64,000 nt of DNA from the human T2T-CHM13v2.0 reference genome, Homo sapiens, in the NCBI RefSeq assembly GCF_009914755.1, contig NC_060928.1; one strand, written 5' to 3'. The notes under the pieces were generated by a model, which was given only the letters and a program-made list of their open reading frames with translations, had not been told where the DNA came from and ran no database searches. The position numbers were made by a program, and so were the translations under genes. The stretch's first letter is position 1, and the number at the start of each line of letters is the position of its first letter. Positions 1 through 13,328 of this stretch are shown piece by piece.

Positions 1-1887
1 AGGGTTACCAAAGATAAATACCACACACACACATGCAAACAGACATTTACTATATATTTCTGATTTATTTAGTCAATAATACATAACTTAACAGAGCAAA
101 AGTAGTTGTAGACTTTTACTTGATGTTAGTTTCCTGTAGGACATAATCACTGAAGGTGACTTCTATTCATATAAGATCAAATTTTTTCCTATACAACAGT
201 TATTTGATAATTCAGTTTACCGTACATTCAACAACAACTAACACTACAGGTTTCCCTTTGAAAATTGTAATGAAAATCAGTCTGTGCTGATTCTTATATA
301 TTCTCAGCATCAGCTAAGACACATTTTTATTCAGAGAATGTCAGATGATGCAGTATTCAAGGTGTCCCTGATTGATATTTCTGCATTCTTATGCCAGTTT
401 CTCAGCAAGCCAATCTCTCCATATTATCATGTGTAAGATGTGCAAGCATCCTCATGCTGGTACAACACACACACTGTTTAATTTGTGAATCCATCTGTCT
501 CTGCTGGCTGACAAACAGCTAAAAGAGCAGCCTCTTTTATTACATTAAAATATAGAGCTAGAAGACTAGCAGTATGCCTAATATACTGAAGAGGCCAGCC
601 TTAGCATACATTGACTTTTATTATTTAAATTAATAGCCGTGAGAATGTTGTAGGCTTTTAATTTTCTCTTGCAGAAGAAATTCAGATCTTTGACACTAAT
701 ATTACATTTCATAAAGTAACATCTTGCTACCGATAATTTGGATTCAGCATTTAAATATTTTTATTGTATTTAAAGTGCTTTCTTTTTTCTATTTCAATTG
801 AGTTAATATATAATGTTCCTTCTTCAATTCCCATGAGCATTTTCCAGACATTTAGCATGGAGTGTCTTGTGCACATTAAAAAATTGATAAGCACTGTAGA
901 ATTTTTCAAGAGGTGGACAACATAATTTCTCTTTTCAAATAAAATGCTTAATTTAAGTTTAAAATTGTAATGCAGTGACATTAAAAAAGACGCAGTCTAG
1001 GTCATTAGTTCTTCGAAACCACAATGGGAAATTGATACTGATTTTTATTATTCCTGCTTTATTAAAATGAACACTAATATTAATTTATTTTTTCCCTATA
1101 AGAAAGTTTTATTTTAAGCCAATGGGCTGCAAACTCCATGTAACACATATCAGTGAACGTAAAAAAATACAGTGTATCACATGAACCATAGTATGCTAAT
1201 CATTTCTATAATGCATGCATTTATAAATTATAGTAATGTTCATTGTAAGATAATTAAAATAACTTGATTTACATACAAACTGAAACACTAAAATGTAAAG
1301 TATAGGGACAAAATGAGAAAGTGCAATCTCTTTGCTTCCCAAACAAACTTCAGCATAGGAATATATGGTGTTACGTGGGGCTGGCTTTTAAGTAGCATAC
1401 CCAAAGGCTAAGTTACATAATGAGGAATAATAACATTGCTCAAAACTGAGCTGGAATGGCTAGAACAAAAATAACACTGTGGGTCTAAAAGGTGTTAAAA
1501 TCCATAAAATGAAGGAACTGATGCAGCTAAATAATCCAATTTGCTGTAAACTTAGTTACAGTATATCTGTGACTTTTTTTAATGGAGCAACATGAAGAAA
1601 TATTTTAGATTTTCTATACAGTTTCATTCTGCTTGGCTTACTGGTTTAGCTTTTCGCCTGATAAGCAGCTGTAATAACAAACAATATAACTATGAAATTT
1701 ACTTCTTAAAATGCTTCGGAGAAGATGCAAATGACAGATATCTAACTTACATTGCATAATGTCCTAATGCTGAAATGTTAAATGAAGCTAGGGAGAGCAG
1801 AAAATGTGAAAAACAAAGTAAGATACTTTATTTCTATTAGTTTTTTAATCAAACATTTCAGTATTCCTTATATATGGCTCTACATTT

Positions 1888-1990
1888 TAATTCAACAAAC
1901 TTTTTAAAAAATATTTGCTATATACCAGGTACTGTATGATTCACAATAAGTAAGACCTGTTCTCCCCAACTTAGTGACTAGTTGAGCAAA
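1888..1990 (-). mobile_element. L2 LINE 3' end fragment, degraded
   Basis: ATTCAACAAAC...CTATATACCAGGTACTGT...TAAGACCTGTTCTCCC resembles the reverse complement of the L2 3' end. Confidence 0.5.
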
Positions 1991-3419
1991 AAATGAAATC
2001 ATATATCACAATGCAGGGTCAAAATTTGATCATATTAATGTAATATCACAGCGTTAAATGGAAATAAAAATAAACAATATTTAGAAGTGGTTAAATATTA
2101 GTTTAAAAGTTGTAAGGTAAGCTGACATTGTACTTACCTTCATGGGCGGTGTAGAACATAATAATCAGAAACACTTGGTTCAGATTTTGTGAAGTTGAAC
2201 AAAATTTTCAAACTCACAGACTCATGAGGAAAACTGAACAACCATTACATAATGTGGCAATGCTATATCCAATAACATGCAAGCAGACACAGGTCTAAAT
2301 GAATAACTGTAACTCATTGCTAGTTATCTATATATGGCAGATCTGTCAAGGCTTGAAATAAAGAATGTAAAAAAAAAGTGTGTTGTATTCAGTTTCATAT
2401 ATTTTCTGCCATCGATATTTCAGAAATTAGATCATCATCTTCTCAGGAATGCAAGTTCAAAACTTGGAGCATTCCTAATTTGAATCAGCCCACTCCTTCA
2501 CTATCCATATAAATGAAGGTCCGAACCTTGTTAATTGATATAATTTTTAAATTAATAATCTTGTTATTCATGTAATTCCTTGAATCGGTCTACTACTTTT
2601 TATGTATACAGCCACAACTATAGTTCATGTTCTCTTGAACGTTTATTTGTAGAATAAACACTTCTTTAATTGGCTCACAAACCTTATTCCAGGCCCTTCT
2701 TTAATGAGTTGCATGTTTCGCTTTAGTCTTTTATTACTTATTTACATCAATAGAGGAAATAAAATAATACTATTATTTATTTTAGTTTTTTTATGTCAGT
2801 ACTCATGAGAATGTCTCTTTGTCTTTTTGACAGGTGCATAATAAAGTATAGTAAATATATACAATATATAATATAGTCTATGTGGCACTTTATGTATTGG
2901 AAGTGAGTTTTTTTTTTAATGGTTCAATAATGGAATGAGACATTTAACGTCTTTTTGTATGCCTCATTATGCACATTATCACATTTCCCTGGGGCAGGTA
3001 TTGAAGCCTGGTACTTCTTTTTTTCCTTTTTTTTTTCTTTTTTTTCTTTAATGTTACTGTGAGGTTGTTCTTCAAATTGACTGCTCCAATTTAAAACCTT
3101 TGAAACTCACTGACATTTGATAATGTCAAAATTTTGAATTTTGTGAATCTGAAGTATAACCATTGATCCAACTTACAGTGGCCATAAAATACATTATCCT
3201 AACTCAGAATCTTTTAGAGGAAAAGGAGGTTCTATTTATACTTTTCCTTGGAAAATAGACATAAACAAAGATGATTAGAATCAAACTATATTATCAACAT
3301 AGTTTAGAAAATTCTAAAACCCAAATCTTATTTCAATTATCATGAATAATTCTTTTTATCTTCAACAGCATAAAGCACAAATTCTTTCTCTAATGTCTGT
3401 GTTTTTTTTTTGTCCGAAC

Positions 3420-3630
3420 CTGCCTGACCTTTTCTCCTAACCTCGCCCTCCATCCTTCCACTGAGTACAAATGACCTGTCACTGTGCTCTCAGGCTCTTC
3501 TAGCCCACTTAGGCTCCTGCTGTGTCTTGTCTTCTCTGCCTGTTTTCCTGTCTGTGGACGCCCCGATGCCCTACATTTCCTTAAAGGTATAGCTTAATTC
3601 TTAAGTCTTTTACATTTTCCAAGACTTTCA
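3420..3630 (+). mobile_element. L2 LINE fragment
   Basis: Pyrimidine-rich TGCCTGACCTTTTCTCC...TCTTCTCTGCCTG...TCCTTAAAGGTATAGCTTAA, typical of the L2 3' region. Confidence 0.45.
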
Positions 3631-3714
3631 TATTAAGAATTACTTTATTTTTTATTCTATTATACTTCACCTGCTACTACTGCTCCATCTTCATATTCTC
3701 CTCTTCTGCTCTGG

Positions 3715-3920
3715 GGTAATATAGCCTGGTAATTAAGATAATAGACTCTGGACTTGATTCTCAGCTGTGCAATTTGAATCTGGGGCAAGTTACTTAATGA
3801 CTGCTACCTAGATCCCTCACAGATAAAATGGGGATAATAGTTCCTATCTTCCAGGATTTTTATAAGGATTAAATAAATATGTAAAGCACTTGGAAATAGT
3901 GCCTGACATATGTAAATATT
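3715..3920 (+). mobile_element. MIR SINE
   Basis: MIR core GGGCAAGTTACTTAA...ATAAAATGGGGATAATAG...AGGATTAAATAA...GTAAAGCACTT...AGTGCCTGACATA. Confidence 0.85.
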
Positions 3921-4079
3921 ACATGTTCACATGTAAATGTTAATATTTCTCCTAAATACTGGTTTTCCTCAAAAGTTAGGCTTAAGTTTTTCTAAAATCC
4001 TCTCTTGCTCATGCACTAAAGAAACTGAGGTCAATTTTTAGCCACTGCTTTAAATCAGCTCATCAGGGCAAAGGAATGT

Positions 4080-4312
4080 GGAGTTGAAAGTTCAAGTCTT
4101 GAGTGGGCCTGGCTCAGGTTGGTATCTTGGATCTGCTACTAGAGAGCTGTGTGATATTCTGACCACATTTTTGATGTTGTTTCTTTCCTTCCACTCAAAA
4201 ATGCAAATAATAAAAATGCTTACTTTGTAAGGTTGCAATGATAATTAAAATGTTACTAGCTAAGCACCTACCATAGTATCCAGCATAATGGATTAATAAA
4301 TGTCAACTATTG
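4080..4312 (+). mobile_element. MIR SINE, degraded
   Basis: TCTGCTACTAGAGAGCTGTGTGA...AAAATGCAAATAATAA...GGTTGCAATGATAATTAAA...TAATAAATGTCAACTATT. Confidence 0.7.
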
Positions 4313-4715
4313 ATAATGCACTTCAAACACAATGGCCCTAGGTCTCTAGGTGAAAAATTATGTTTTCTCACTCTATTCAACCAAGCAACAAATACAGTGT
4401 TTTCATTGCCTGAATATCCATAATGCAACATAATCTAAAGTATTAATTAAAATGATTTCTAATATTATAAATCAAAATATATTAATAGAAGTTTTTCATA
4501 TGTGTTTTTCCAAACTAAATCCAGTAATGAGTGGTTTCCCCTTAATTATTTGGACATTACCAAATAGTACATTCAAAAGATAAAAACTAATTCCAAGTGA
4601 TATTTCAGCCTTCCTCAAATAATTTTCACATTTCCATAATATCACGAGAGATTTAAATTGATTTTTTTGATGCTATATGTTAGTGGTGTGTGTACGTGTT
4701 TCTTTGTGTATTTCC

Positions 4716-5016
<301 letters not shown>

Positions 5017-5454
5017 TGTTTGTGTATTTCTTAGCTAAGTAATACATTAATATTAAATGATGAAACAATTGTTCTTTATAATAAGTAATTTTAGCAATGG
5101 ATTAAAAATCATTTAAAATTATTTTAAATGATTATAAATGTGTTATAATTTATCATTTATATATTTAATAAAATATTACTATAATTTTGTTATTACTCAA
5201 TTGTTATAATATTTAGGTTTTTATTTTTATGTGTTAAAATGAAACAGCATGTATTTACATTGTCTTCTAAAATGAAGAGAAAAGTTGGTATTTGGTGAAT
5301 GGCAATGATATTTTAAGTATAAAAGTCAACCAAATTTTAAAATAAATTTTTGACAGAAAAATTATTATAGAATATTTTAATACAAGATAGGGTAAAAGTG
5401 ACTGAATTTAGAAACTTCTAAGAGTACATTAAAAATTTATCTGTTTTTGAACTT

Positions 5455-5900
5455 ATTTAGAGTAATATAGTATTTATATTTTTGTTTGATTTCTTTACAT
5501 AACATTATGTTGTGAGATTCATGTAAGTTACCAATGTAGCAAAATAGTGTTCATTTTAGTTGCTATAGTATCAACAGACATTTCAATTCTCCTCACTTTG
5601 GACCCATATAGGTACATATGGATGTTATAAATATTTTACGCATATTTAATACACTTGTGTAGTCAATCTCTGGAGAGAGGAATTTCTTGCTCATAGATAT
5701 ATATATGGTCAGATTCAGTATACAGTGTCAAACAGTTTTCCAAAGTGATTCCAGTTATTTATCCACCTATGAGAAATTTATGAAGTTTCAGGTTACTACA
5801 TAATACTAAGAGCTGGTATTATCAGTATTTTCAGTTTTGGCCACTTTGAAGTGTGTACAGTGGTATGAAATTTGGGTTTTAGTTTGTCTTCATAGGTAAT
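5455..5900 (-). mobile_element. Ancient L1M (L1ME-like) 3' region
   Basis: CATAACATTATGTTGTGAGATTCAT...TGTCAAACAGTTTTCCAAAGTGATT...GTGTACAGTGGTAT, the reverse complement of an L1M ORF2 end/3'UTR. Confidence 0.7.
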
Positions 5901-5929
5901 GACCCGGGCCTTCCTTTGTGTTGCTTTTG

Positions 5930-7770
5930 GAAATATGACTATGCTTTTGAAGGATAATTTCACTGGGTATAAAATTATGGGTTGGTGTTTGGTTTTGCTT
6001 TGATTTTAACACATTAAATATTTCACTTAACCCTCTTCTTGCTTGTGTAGTTTCTGGTGATATGTCCACAACATTTACTTACCCTTGTTACTCTATGGGT
6101 AAAATTTCTCCCTACCTCAGTTTCTTTCAAGATCTTCCCTTTATCTTTGGTTTTCTTCAGTTTAAATATAATACGTCTAGGTATAATTTGTTTTTATATT
6201 TATGCTGCTTGGTGTTCTTTGAACCTCCTAGACCTTCCCTTTGGCCTCTGCCATTAATTTTTGAAAGTTCTCAGTCATTATCAAAGAGAAATAGACTAAT
6301 CCACTATTATAGTTGGAGACTTCAAAAAAATTTTTCCTCTGTTCACTCTACTTATGGTATTCCAATTACACATATTTTATACATTTTAAATTGTCTCAAA
6401 GTCCTTGGATGGTGTTTTCTGATTTTTGCCCTTCTTTTCTTCTCATTTTAGTTTGGGTAGAACCTATTTACATATCTTCAAGTGCACTGATTCTTTCCTC
6501 AGCTGTGTCCTATCTACTGATAAACCCTTCAAAGGTATTCTTCATTTCCATTACAGTGTTTACAATCTCTAGCATTTTCTTTAACTTATTTCTTAGAGTT
6601 TCTATCTCTCTGCTCCTATTACCCATCTGTTCCTTCACAATTTCTACTTGTTTCATGAGAGCCTTCAACATATTAATCACAGGTCTTTTAAATTCCCTAA
6701 GTAGTTATTTTTAATTCTAAAATCTATGTCATATCTGAGTCTGGTTCTCTTGCCTGCTTTGTGTCTTCAGATTATGTTTGTCCTGTCTTTCAGCATGATT
6801 TGTAATTTTTTTGTTGAAAGCTGGACATAATGTATTGGATAATAGAACCTGGGTTAAATAGATTTTTAATATATGGTTGTATGTTAATCTGGCCTGAAGC
6901 TGGGCTTGCTTAATGTTTTCTGTAACTGTAGGCATCAGAAACTATACATTCCACTACTGTTTTTGATTTTGTCTCCCCTGTTGTCTTTGAGCTTCCCTAA
7001 AAGTCTCTCCTTAAACAAAGTCTACATCCTGCAGGTCTTTTTTGTAATCCACTGCTTTTCTACTGCAGCCCTGTTGGTGTATGCTGGTAAGATTTGAGGA
7101 AGGGTTAGTGTGATATAATTTTACTACTAAATCTCAGTCCTTTAACAGTACTACATCCTTGGGTTAGAATCTTTACAGTTGATTCTTAGCTTCCCCACCT
7201 CTATCTCTTAGGTGACATAGGAAGGCTATCTGAGTCTAGAGAACAAATGCCCATCCCCCAGCTGGGATAAGGCTCTGCTAGTCTCTTTCCCTAAAGAGTA
7301 GCTATTTGTATAGTTTCTGGGTGTGTTTCAAAGTAACTGCTTTTGTCCTCTCTCTCCACAGCCATAAGGGGACATTTCTTGGCTCTTTGCTGTAAAAGCC
7401 TGGTGGCGTTCCTGGAGATAACACCCATGCATTTGGGTGCTCATGAAAGACTGTGGATACCAGGGAATATTATTTTTTGTTTCTCTAAAGCTAGTGCACA
7501 CTCAGCTTCAAGCAATTTGTCAAAATTATCATTTTGCTTTCTTACCAGTATATCGCTTCAGTAGCTTCTGCTCCAGGTAAGCATACCTGAGTGCAACCCT
7601 GGATTTAACTGACTCTCCAGGTTTAGTGATATGTTCTGCAACCTCAGTTTTCTGACAGGTTAAAGACAGACAAGACATTGATTTTCAGTTTGCTCAGCTG
7701 TTTTCTTGTTATAAAGATGGGAATTATGACTTCTGAGTTCTTTAGATGTTGAAGCTGAAATAAAAGGTTG
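5930..7770 (-). mobile_element. Ancient L1M (L1MC/MD-type) ORF1 and 5' region
   Basis: TTTGAAGGATAATTTCACTGGGTATAAAATT...TTAAATATTTCACT...TTTGAAAGTTCTCAGTCATTA...ATCTTCAAGTGCACTGATTCTTTCCTCAGC, typical of antisense L1M ORF1. Confidence 0.75.
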
Positions 7771-8669
7771 GATAGTAAATTTTAATGACTAAAAGATCTA
7801 TACTATTCATAAGAGTTTAGGTTCCTCCAATCCCTGTATGAGCTACTAGTTTACTTGTTCACATGAATGCATTTAGCACATAATAAATATATACTAAATT
7901 TTGATAAAATATAATTATTCAGTATGCAATCTTGAGTTATTTTTATTATTTTAAGTTGCATTTTATATTTAAACTATTTTGAATGTATAAATTTATTTAT
8001 GGATTACCTATTAATTACACTGTTATGTGCATCTCTGAAATTTTTAATACTGTATGTTTTGTATGTGTATAATGAAACAATCTGGAATAGAACCATTGAT
8101 TTAGCATATTTAATCACATTTTCATGGAAAGAAGAGAAATAAATAAAGTATTATTAAGTCATAACCAGTGTAAGGTAGAATTAATTTGAGGATTAATACA
8201 CCCATATTTTTTCTAAGACAATGCATTACTTGAATTTCAAATAATGGTACTTAATAGATTATATTATTTTCTTACATATGTTGCTAAGTGCTGTCTTTAA
8301 AGAACTTTGTCAAATGGTTGCTGTGTACGCTCTCATCTAAACAATAATAAGTGGTCAGTTCTACTATTATTCTCTCTGCATTAAAGAACATTTAAAAAGG
8401 AAGAAAACTTGATATTAATATAATAAAATCCAATCTCAATATAGCTTAATGCTTTATGGCAAAACAGTAGAAACATCTTCCCTATAATTAGTAAAAAAGT
8501 TGCCAAATACCATGCTAATTTAATTCTGGATGTATTAGACATAGTATTAATAATTAGAGAAGAGTAAGTGATGGGACACAAAAAATTTCAAGGAAGGGGC
8601 TAATATTATCTTTGGTTGTACGTAATATAATTGTATACATAGACTTATAAATGAAATTCTGGAAGCAAA

Positions 8670-8780
8670 TGCACAATAGAATCATTCTGGAGTTTTTTTT
8701 AAAAATAATGCCTCCTGAATTTCATATCAGCCTAAATGAAATAAAATTTGGAAGTGGGGTCTTGGGCATCTGTTACATTG
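8670..8780. mobile_element. MER5-like hAT MITE fragment
   Basis: TAGAATCATTCTGGAG...AAAAATAATGCCT...GTGGGGTCTTGGGCATCTGT resembles MER5A. Confidence 0.4.
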
Positions 8781-10099
8781 TTGCTTTTTAGTTTTTGTTT
8801 GTTTTTTAATTGATTGCTTGCTATTCATCATTCAAAAAGAAGACTATAAAGACCAAAATGAGAAAGGTGACATTGTTTAGTCAAAGATTATGAGCTCATT
8901 TTTGATGTTTCATGTTATACCACTAAAATGATTTTATTAAACAAATGACAGAAGTATATTAGTGTCATTTTCAAACCAACTGGAGTAAGAATGTTACATG
9001 TATTTTGTTGTCTGACATCAGGATCAAAATTCTAACAAATTCTCAAACTTGTGTTACAATGCTTTCTTTTTTGGCATGACACCTAAATTCTGTAGTGTGA
9101 CTTTGCATCAATATTTTAAGCTATTTAACAGAAACTATGTATTTATATTGATGATTATTTTATCAACAGTGACACCAAGATTTGAAATAAACCATATACA
9201 GAATATGCAAAGCTTTACATTTTACCCATTCTTAAAGCTTCCATATGATATTGCTATACTCCTTAAAATGAAGTCTTCAGATCTTATAACTTTGGTTATC
9301 CCACTAAGGATTTATTGGCAAACCTATGCCAAGCAAATTTCAGTTACATTTTTTCTTTATTCCCTCATCAATACCAGATTTTAAATAACAAGTTTAGAAT
9401 GGATGTTAGTGACATTTTCATTTTTTTTTATTGGTCATAAACATGTTTTTTACCCACGTGCCTTGAATTAAATGCCTGCAAGTTCTCATCGGGATAGAAA
9501 TAAATTTTGTTTTTTAAGATCAGCAATGGTTTTGAGACAAAGTGTTTTTTCAAAGGAATTTAATAATATTGGAATTTTCAATGAGTGATATTTGTTTTAG
9601 GACCTTATGAATTATTTGTGCAAATGTGTTGAGGTTTTTAAAACATATTCCAAAAATCTGTTTTTAAAATACTGTTAAGATGAACAGTTCAAAACTGTGC
9701 TTAAATCTATAAGCCAGGGTTCTATTTTGACTTGTTCTCAAAAACCTTATTCTAGCTGTGTTATGTCAGGCTGATTTTTCATCTGATTAGTAGCACATTA
9801 ATTAGATAAATGTGTTTACAGATATAAAAGTTGCATAACATTTGCCATATCTACAGGAGAGAAAGTCTTCAGGATTGAACTATTGTTCTTACTAATATAA
9901 TTTCATAGTTATTTCAGCTTCCATATAGGCAGAAGGCAAGGGGAAATTTTCCTCTAGAACCTTAGCCATAATTCAGAGTGAAATTGCCACTTGGACTTAG
10001 GGGAATAATTTCTACCTGGAGAATATTTCTATTCTTTTCCTCTCACTAGTAGTACTGTTGACATCCACGTGTATCAGTTAAGAAGAAGTGTGCACCAGC

Positions 10100-10131
10100 G
10101 GGAGATGTGGCGGCGTGGGGGTGGGGGTGGG
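10100..10131 (+). promoter_or_regulatory. G-rich tract with four G-runs (potential G-quadruplex; GT-box/KLF-SP motifs)
   Basis: GGG-agatgtggcggcgt-GGGGG-t-GGGGG-t-GGG; E-box CACGTG at 10066-10071. Motifs only, function unproven. Confidence 0.3.
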
Positions 10132-10550
10132 AAACAAATGGCTATCTTTCTCCTCTAATGTGAAAAATTTTGAATCTCTTTCCTTCTTGCAAGCACCTTT
10201 TCAAATTTTTGTCTCATATACCTCTTCCAAGTACTTTTTCATGGAAAATAGTTATATGCGTAGAAATATTAAGAGAAAACAAAGTGTGTAGAAAGTAATA
10301 TTTTAAAAAATTAGGCAGCAAGCCATAATAATTGCCATCAATTAATGCAACTATGATCAATAAAAGTGTGTTAGGGATTAGGCTTTTCAAATTTTAAAAC
10401 AATACTAAATAATGAATTCTTCATTAGAATATATTAAATGTTGTGTTCATTTCCAAATGAATTAAAATTGAAAAAGGAACTAGAGTCACAAATGTTTGAT
10501 TTTCACAGGCCATTTCTAACATTAAGACAACGTTAAATTAAAAAAAATAT

Positions 10551-10953
10551 TGTTGACATGGTTAACTTTATGCATCAACTTGAACACAATATAATGGCCA
10601 GTTATTTGGTTAAACACTAGTTTAGATGTTGCTGTGAACATGTTTTGTAGGTATATTTATATTTACAATTAGTTGACTTTAAGTAAAGGAAATTACAAGT
10701 AAAGGACAAATCTCATTCAATCAATTAAAGGCCTTAAAAGAGCAAAAACTGACTTTCCTAGAAAAGAAGGAATTATGTTTAACTCTAAATGAGAATTCCT
10801 GCCTGAGTTTGCAGCCTACCGACCTGCCCTACGTTTTTAAAACTTGCCAACTCTCATAATTGTATGAGCCAATTACTTAAAATAAAATTTGTCTCTCTCT
10901 ATTCCTCTCTGTTCTTTATTTCTCTTTTTCTTCAGAGAACCCTGAGTGATATA
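10551..10953 (+). mobile_element. MLT2 (MLT2D-like) ERV-L solo LTR
   Basis: GGTTAACTTTATGCATCAACTTG...TATTTGGTTAAACACTAGTTTAGATGTTGCTGTGAA...GAGCCAATT.CTTAAAATAAA...GAGAACCCTGAGTGATA. Confidence 0.85.
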
Positions 10954-10959
10954 CTAATC

Positions 10960-11092
10960 CTACCAACACAGAGATAGAATTGGAACTTTGTGGGGTAAGG
11001 CCTATGAGCCATGTTTTCTAACATATTTTTTAGCTGATTCTGAGCCAGTAAGCGCGGCATTTGTTAGTGGGCTAGTGTTTAGGAAACATTGA
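10960..11092. mobile_element. MER5-like hAT MITE fragment
   Basis: GGAACTTTGTGGGGTAAGGCC...TGTTTTCTAACA...GCTGATTCTGA...TTTAGGAAACATTG. Confidence 0.4.
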
Positions 11093-11307
11093 ACTATTTA
11101 ATTCTATCCAAAGTTCACTGTTAGAAACGAAATTGGCAGTTAATATTAGAATTAAATTGAAGTTAAATATTTACATATTTTGAAATTATGACTAACATGT
11201 TATGCTTAATTTAAAAGTTATAAATTTAAATATATTTTTTCTGCAGGAAACGGTTTAGCAGGTCCCTTTTAATTCTTGAATTAAAAGTAACTCCATGGAA
11301 TTATTCT

Positions 11308-11615
11308 GATTTTTGTTTTTTGTTTTAGACAGGGTCTCCCCATCAGCCTGGCTGGGAGAAAGTGGTATAATCATGGCTTGCTGCAGTTTCAACTCTCTGG
11401 GTTCAAGCAATTCTCCTGCCTCAGCTTCACTAGTAGCTGGGACTACAGGTGCATTCCACCTCACCTGGCTAATTAAAAATTTGTGTTTGTTTGTTTGTTT
11501 TGTAAAACAAAGTTTTTCTGTGTTGCCCAGGTTGGTCTCAAATTTCCAATCGCAAGTGATCCACTTCAGCTTTTCAAAATGCTGGGATTACAGGTGTGAG
11601 CCACTGCACCCAGCC
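11308..11615 (-). mobile_element. AluJ
   Basis: AGACAGGGTCTC...TCATGGCTTGCTGCAG...GAGCCACTGCACCCAGCC; TSD ATGGAATTATTCT (11295-11307) / ATGGCATTATTCT (11616-11628). Confidence 0.93.
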
Positions 11616-11619
11616 ATGG

Positions 11620-11980
11620 CATTATTCTTATTAGTAATAGCCAAAAAGTAGAAAAAATTTAAATGTCCATCAACTGACAAGTAGATAAACAAATTGTGGT
11701 TTATCCATACAATTGAATATTATTTAGCAATAAAAGCAGTGCAGTACAGATAAATGCTACAACATGGATGTATCTTGAAAGCATGCTAAGAGAAGGAAGT
11801 GAGTCACAAAAAGAAATCACATATTGAAATATCTCATCTATTTGAAACTTTCTGGGGAAACTAAAATGTCCTGAAGTTAGATAGTGATAATGTTTGCACA
11901 ATTCTGTGAATATACTAAAAAACCACTGAATTGTACATTTTAAAAGAGTAAATTTTATATTATGTATATTATATCTTAGT
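11620..11980 (+). mobile_element. L1MB (MB7/8-like) 3' end
   Basis: AATAGCCAAAAAGTAG...AAATGTCCATCAACTGA...GCTACAACATGGATG...GTGAATATACTAAAAAACCACTGAATTGTACATTTTAAA. Confidence 0.85.
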
Positions 11981-12726
11981 ACAACTATTAGTAAAATAAA
12001 AAGTAATATAAGCATTATAGGAAGTATGGAAATGTCTAATTTCAAAATATATTACAAAACTATAGTAATCAAAACAGGGTGGTATTGACATAAAGATAGA
12101 TATAGACCCTGATGGAACAGAATAGAGAGCCCAAAAATAAATCCTCAAATATAAGATCAAATGATCTTTGACAAAGATGCCAAGACACGCAATGGGAAAT
12201 ATTCTCTTTAACAACTGGTACTGAGAAAACTATATATCCACATACAATAGAATCAAGTTGGACCTTTACCTTACACCATTTACAAAAATTCACTCAAATA
12301 GATTAAAGACCTAAATGTAACAGCAAAAACTATAAAATTCCTGAAGAAAACTAAGAGGAAAAGTTTCATAACATGGGATTGGCAATGATTTCTTGCATAT
12401 GATACTAAAAGCACAGGCAAAAAGAGGAATAGATAAATTGAACTACATCAAAAAATTTTTAAAAACTTCTGTGCATCAAAGGACACAATCAACAGAGTGA
12501 AAATCCAACCTACCAAATGGGAGGAAATCTTTTAACATCTAGATTATTTAAAGAACTCCTACAACTCAACTGCAGAAATTAAAATGGGCGAGACTTGAAT
12601 AGGCATTTCTCCAAAGAAGATATACAAATGGCCAATAAGCATTGGTATTGATTAGTGATAAAATAGAAATTAAAATCAAAAGTACAATGAGGTAACAGTT
12701 CACACCCATCCAATAGAATGACTACC

Positions 12727-13044
12727 TTTTTTTTCTTTTTTTTTTCCTTTTTTTTTTTGAGAGAGAGAGCCTTGCTCTTTCACCCAGGCTGGTGTGCAGT
12801 GGCGTGATCATGGCTTACTGCAGCCTCACTCTTCTGAGCTCAAGTGATCCTTCTGCCTCAGTCTCCTGAGTAACTGAGACTACAGGTGCATGCCACCATG
12901 CCTGTTTGTTTGTTTGTTTTTTCAATTTTTAGTGGAGATGAGGTCTCACTATGTTGCCCAGGCTCAAACTCCTGAGCTCAAGTGATCTTCTGTCTCGGTC
13001 TTCCAAAGTGCTGAGATTATACACATGAGCCACCACACCCAGCC
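12727..13044 (-). mobile_element. AluJ nested in L1
   Basis: T-tail, CACCCAGGCTGG.GTGCAGTGGCGTGATCATGGCTTACTGCAGCCTC...GGTCTCACTATGTTGCCCAGG...CCACCACACCCAGCC. Confidence 0.94.
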
Positions 13045-13328
13045 CTATAAGTTTAAAAAAGTGTTGATGAAGATGAGGAGAAATTGGATTGCTTGTGCAT
13101 TGTTGGCAAAATGTAAAATGGTGCAGCTATTATGGAACACAGTATGAAGATTACTCAAAAAATTAAAAATAGAATTACAATATGATCCAGCAATACCACT
13201 TCTGGGCATATATCCAAAAGAATTGAAACAGGATCTCAAAGAGATATTTGTAACATTATTCACAATAGATAAAATTTGGAAGCAATCCAAATATCTATCC
13301 ATGGATTATTGTATAAAGAAAATGTGGC

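Noticed and set aside
656-721. Acceptor TTTTCTCTTGCAG (674) as an exon start; similar sites at about 11245, 17614, 25149 and 52434
   Set aside because: Donors are weak or absent and there is no coherent reading frame; such sites are expected by chance in T-rich DNA.
6057-7564. Hydrophobic ORFs resembling membrane proteins
   Set aside because: They are the T-rich antisense strand of L1M ORF1, which yields Phe/Leu/Ile-rich pseudo-ORFs.
10092-10115. CTCF site in CACCAGCGGGAGATGTGGCG
   Set aside because: It does not fit the CCRSYAGRKGGC core spacing.
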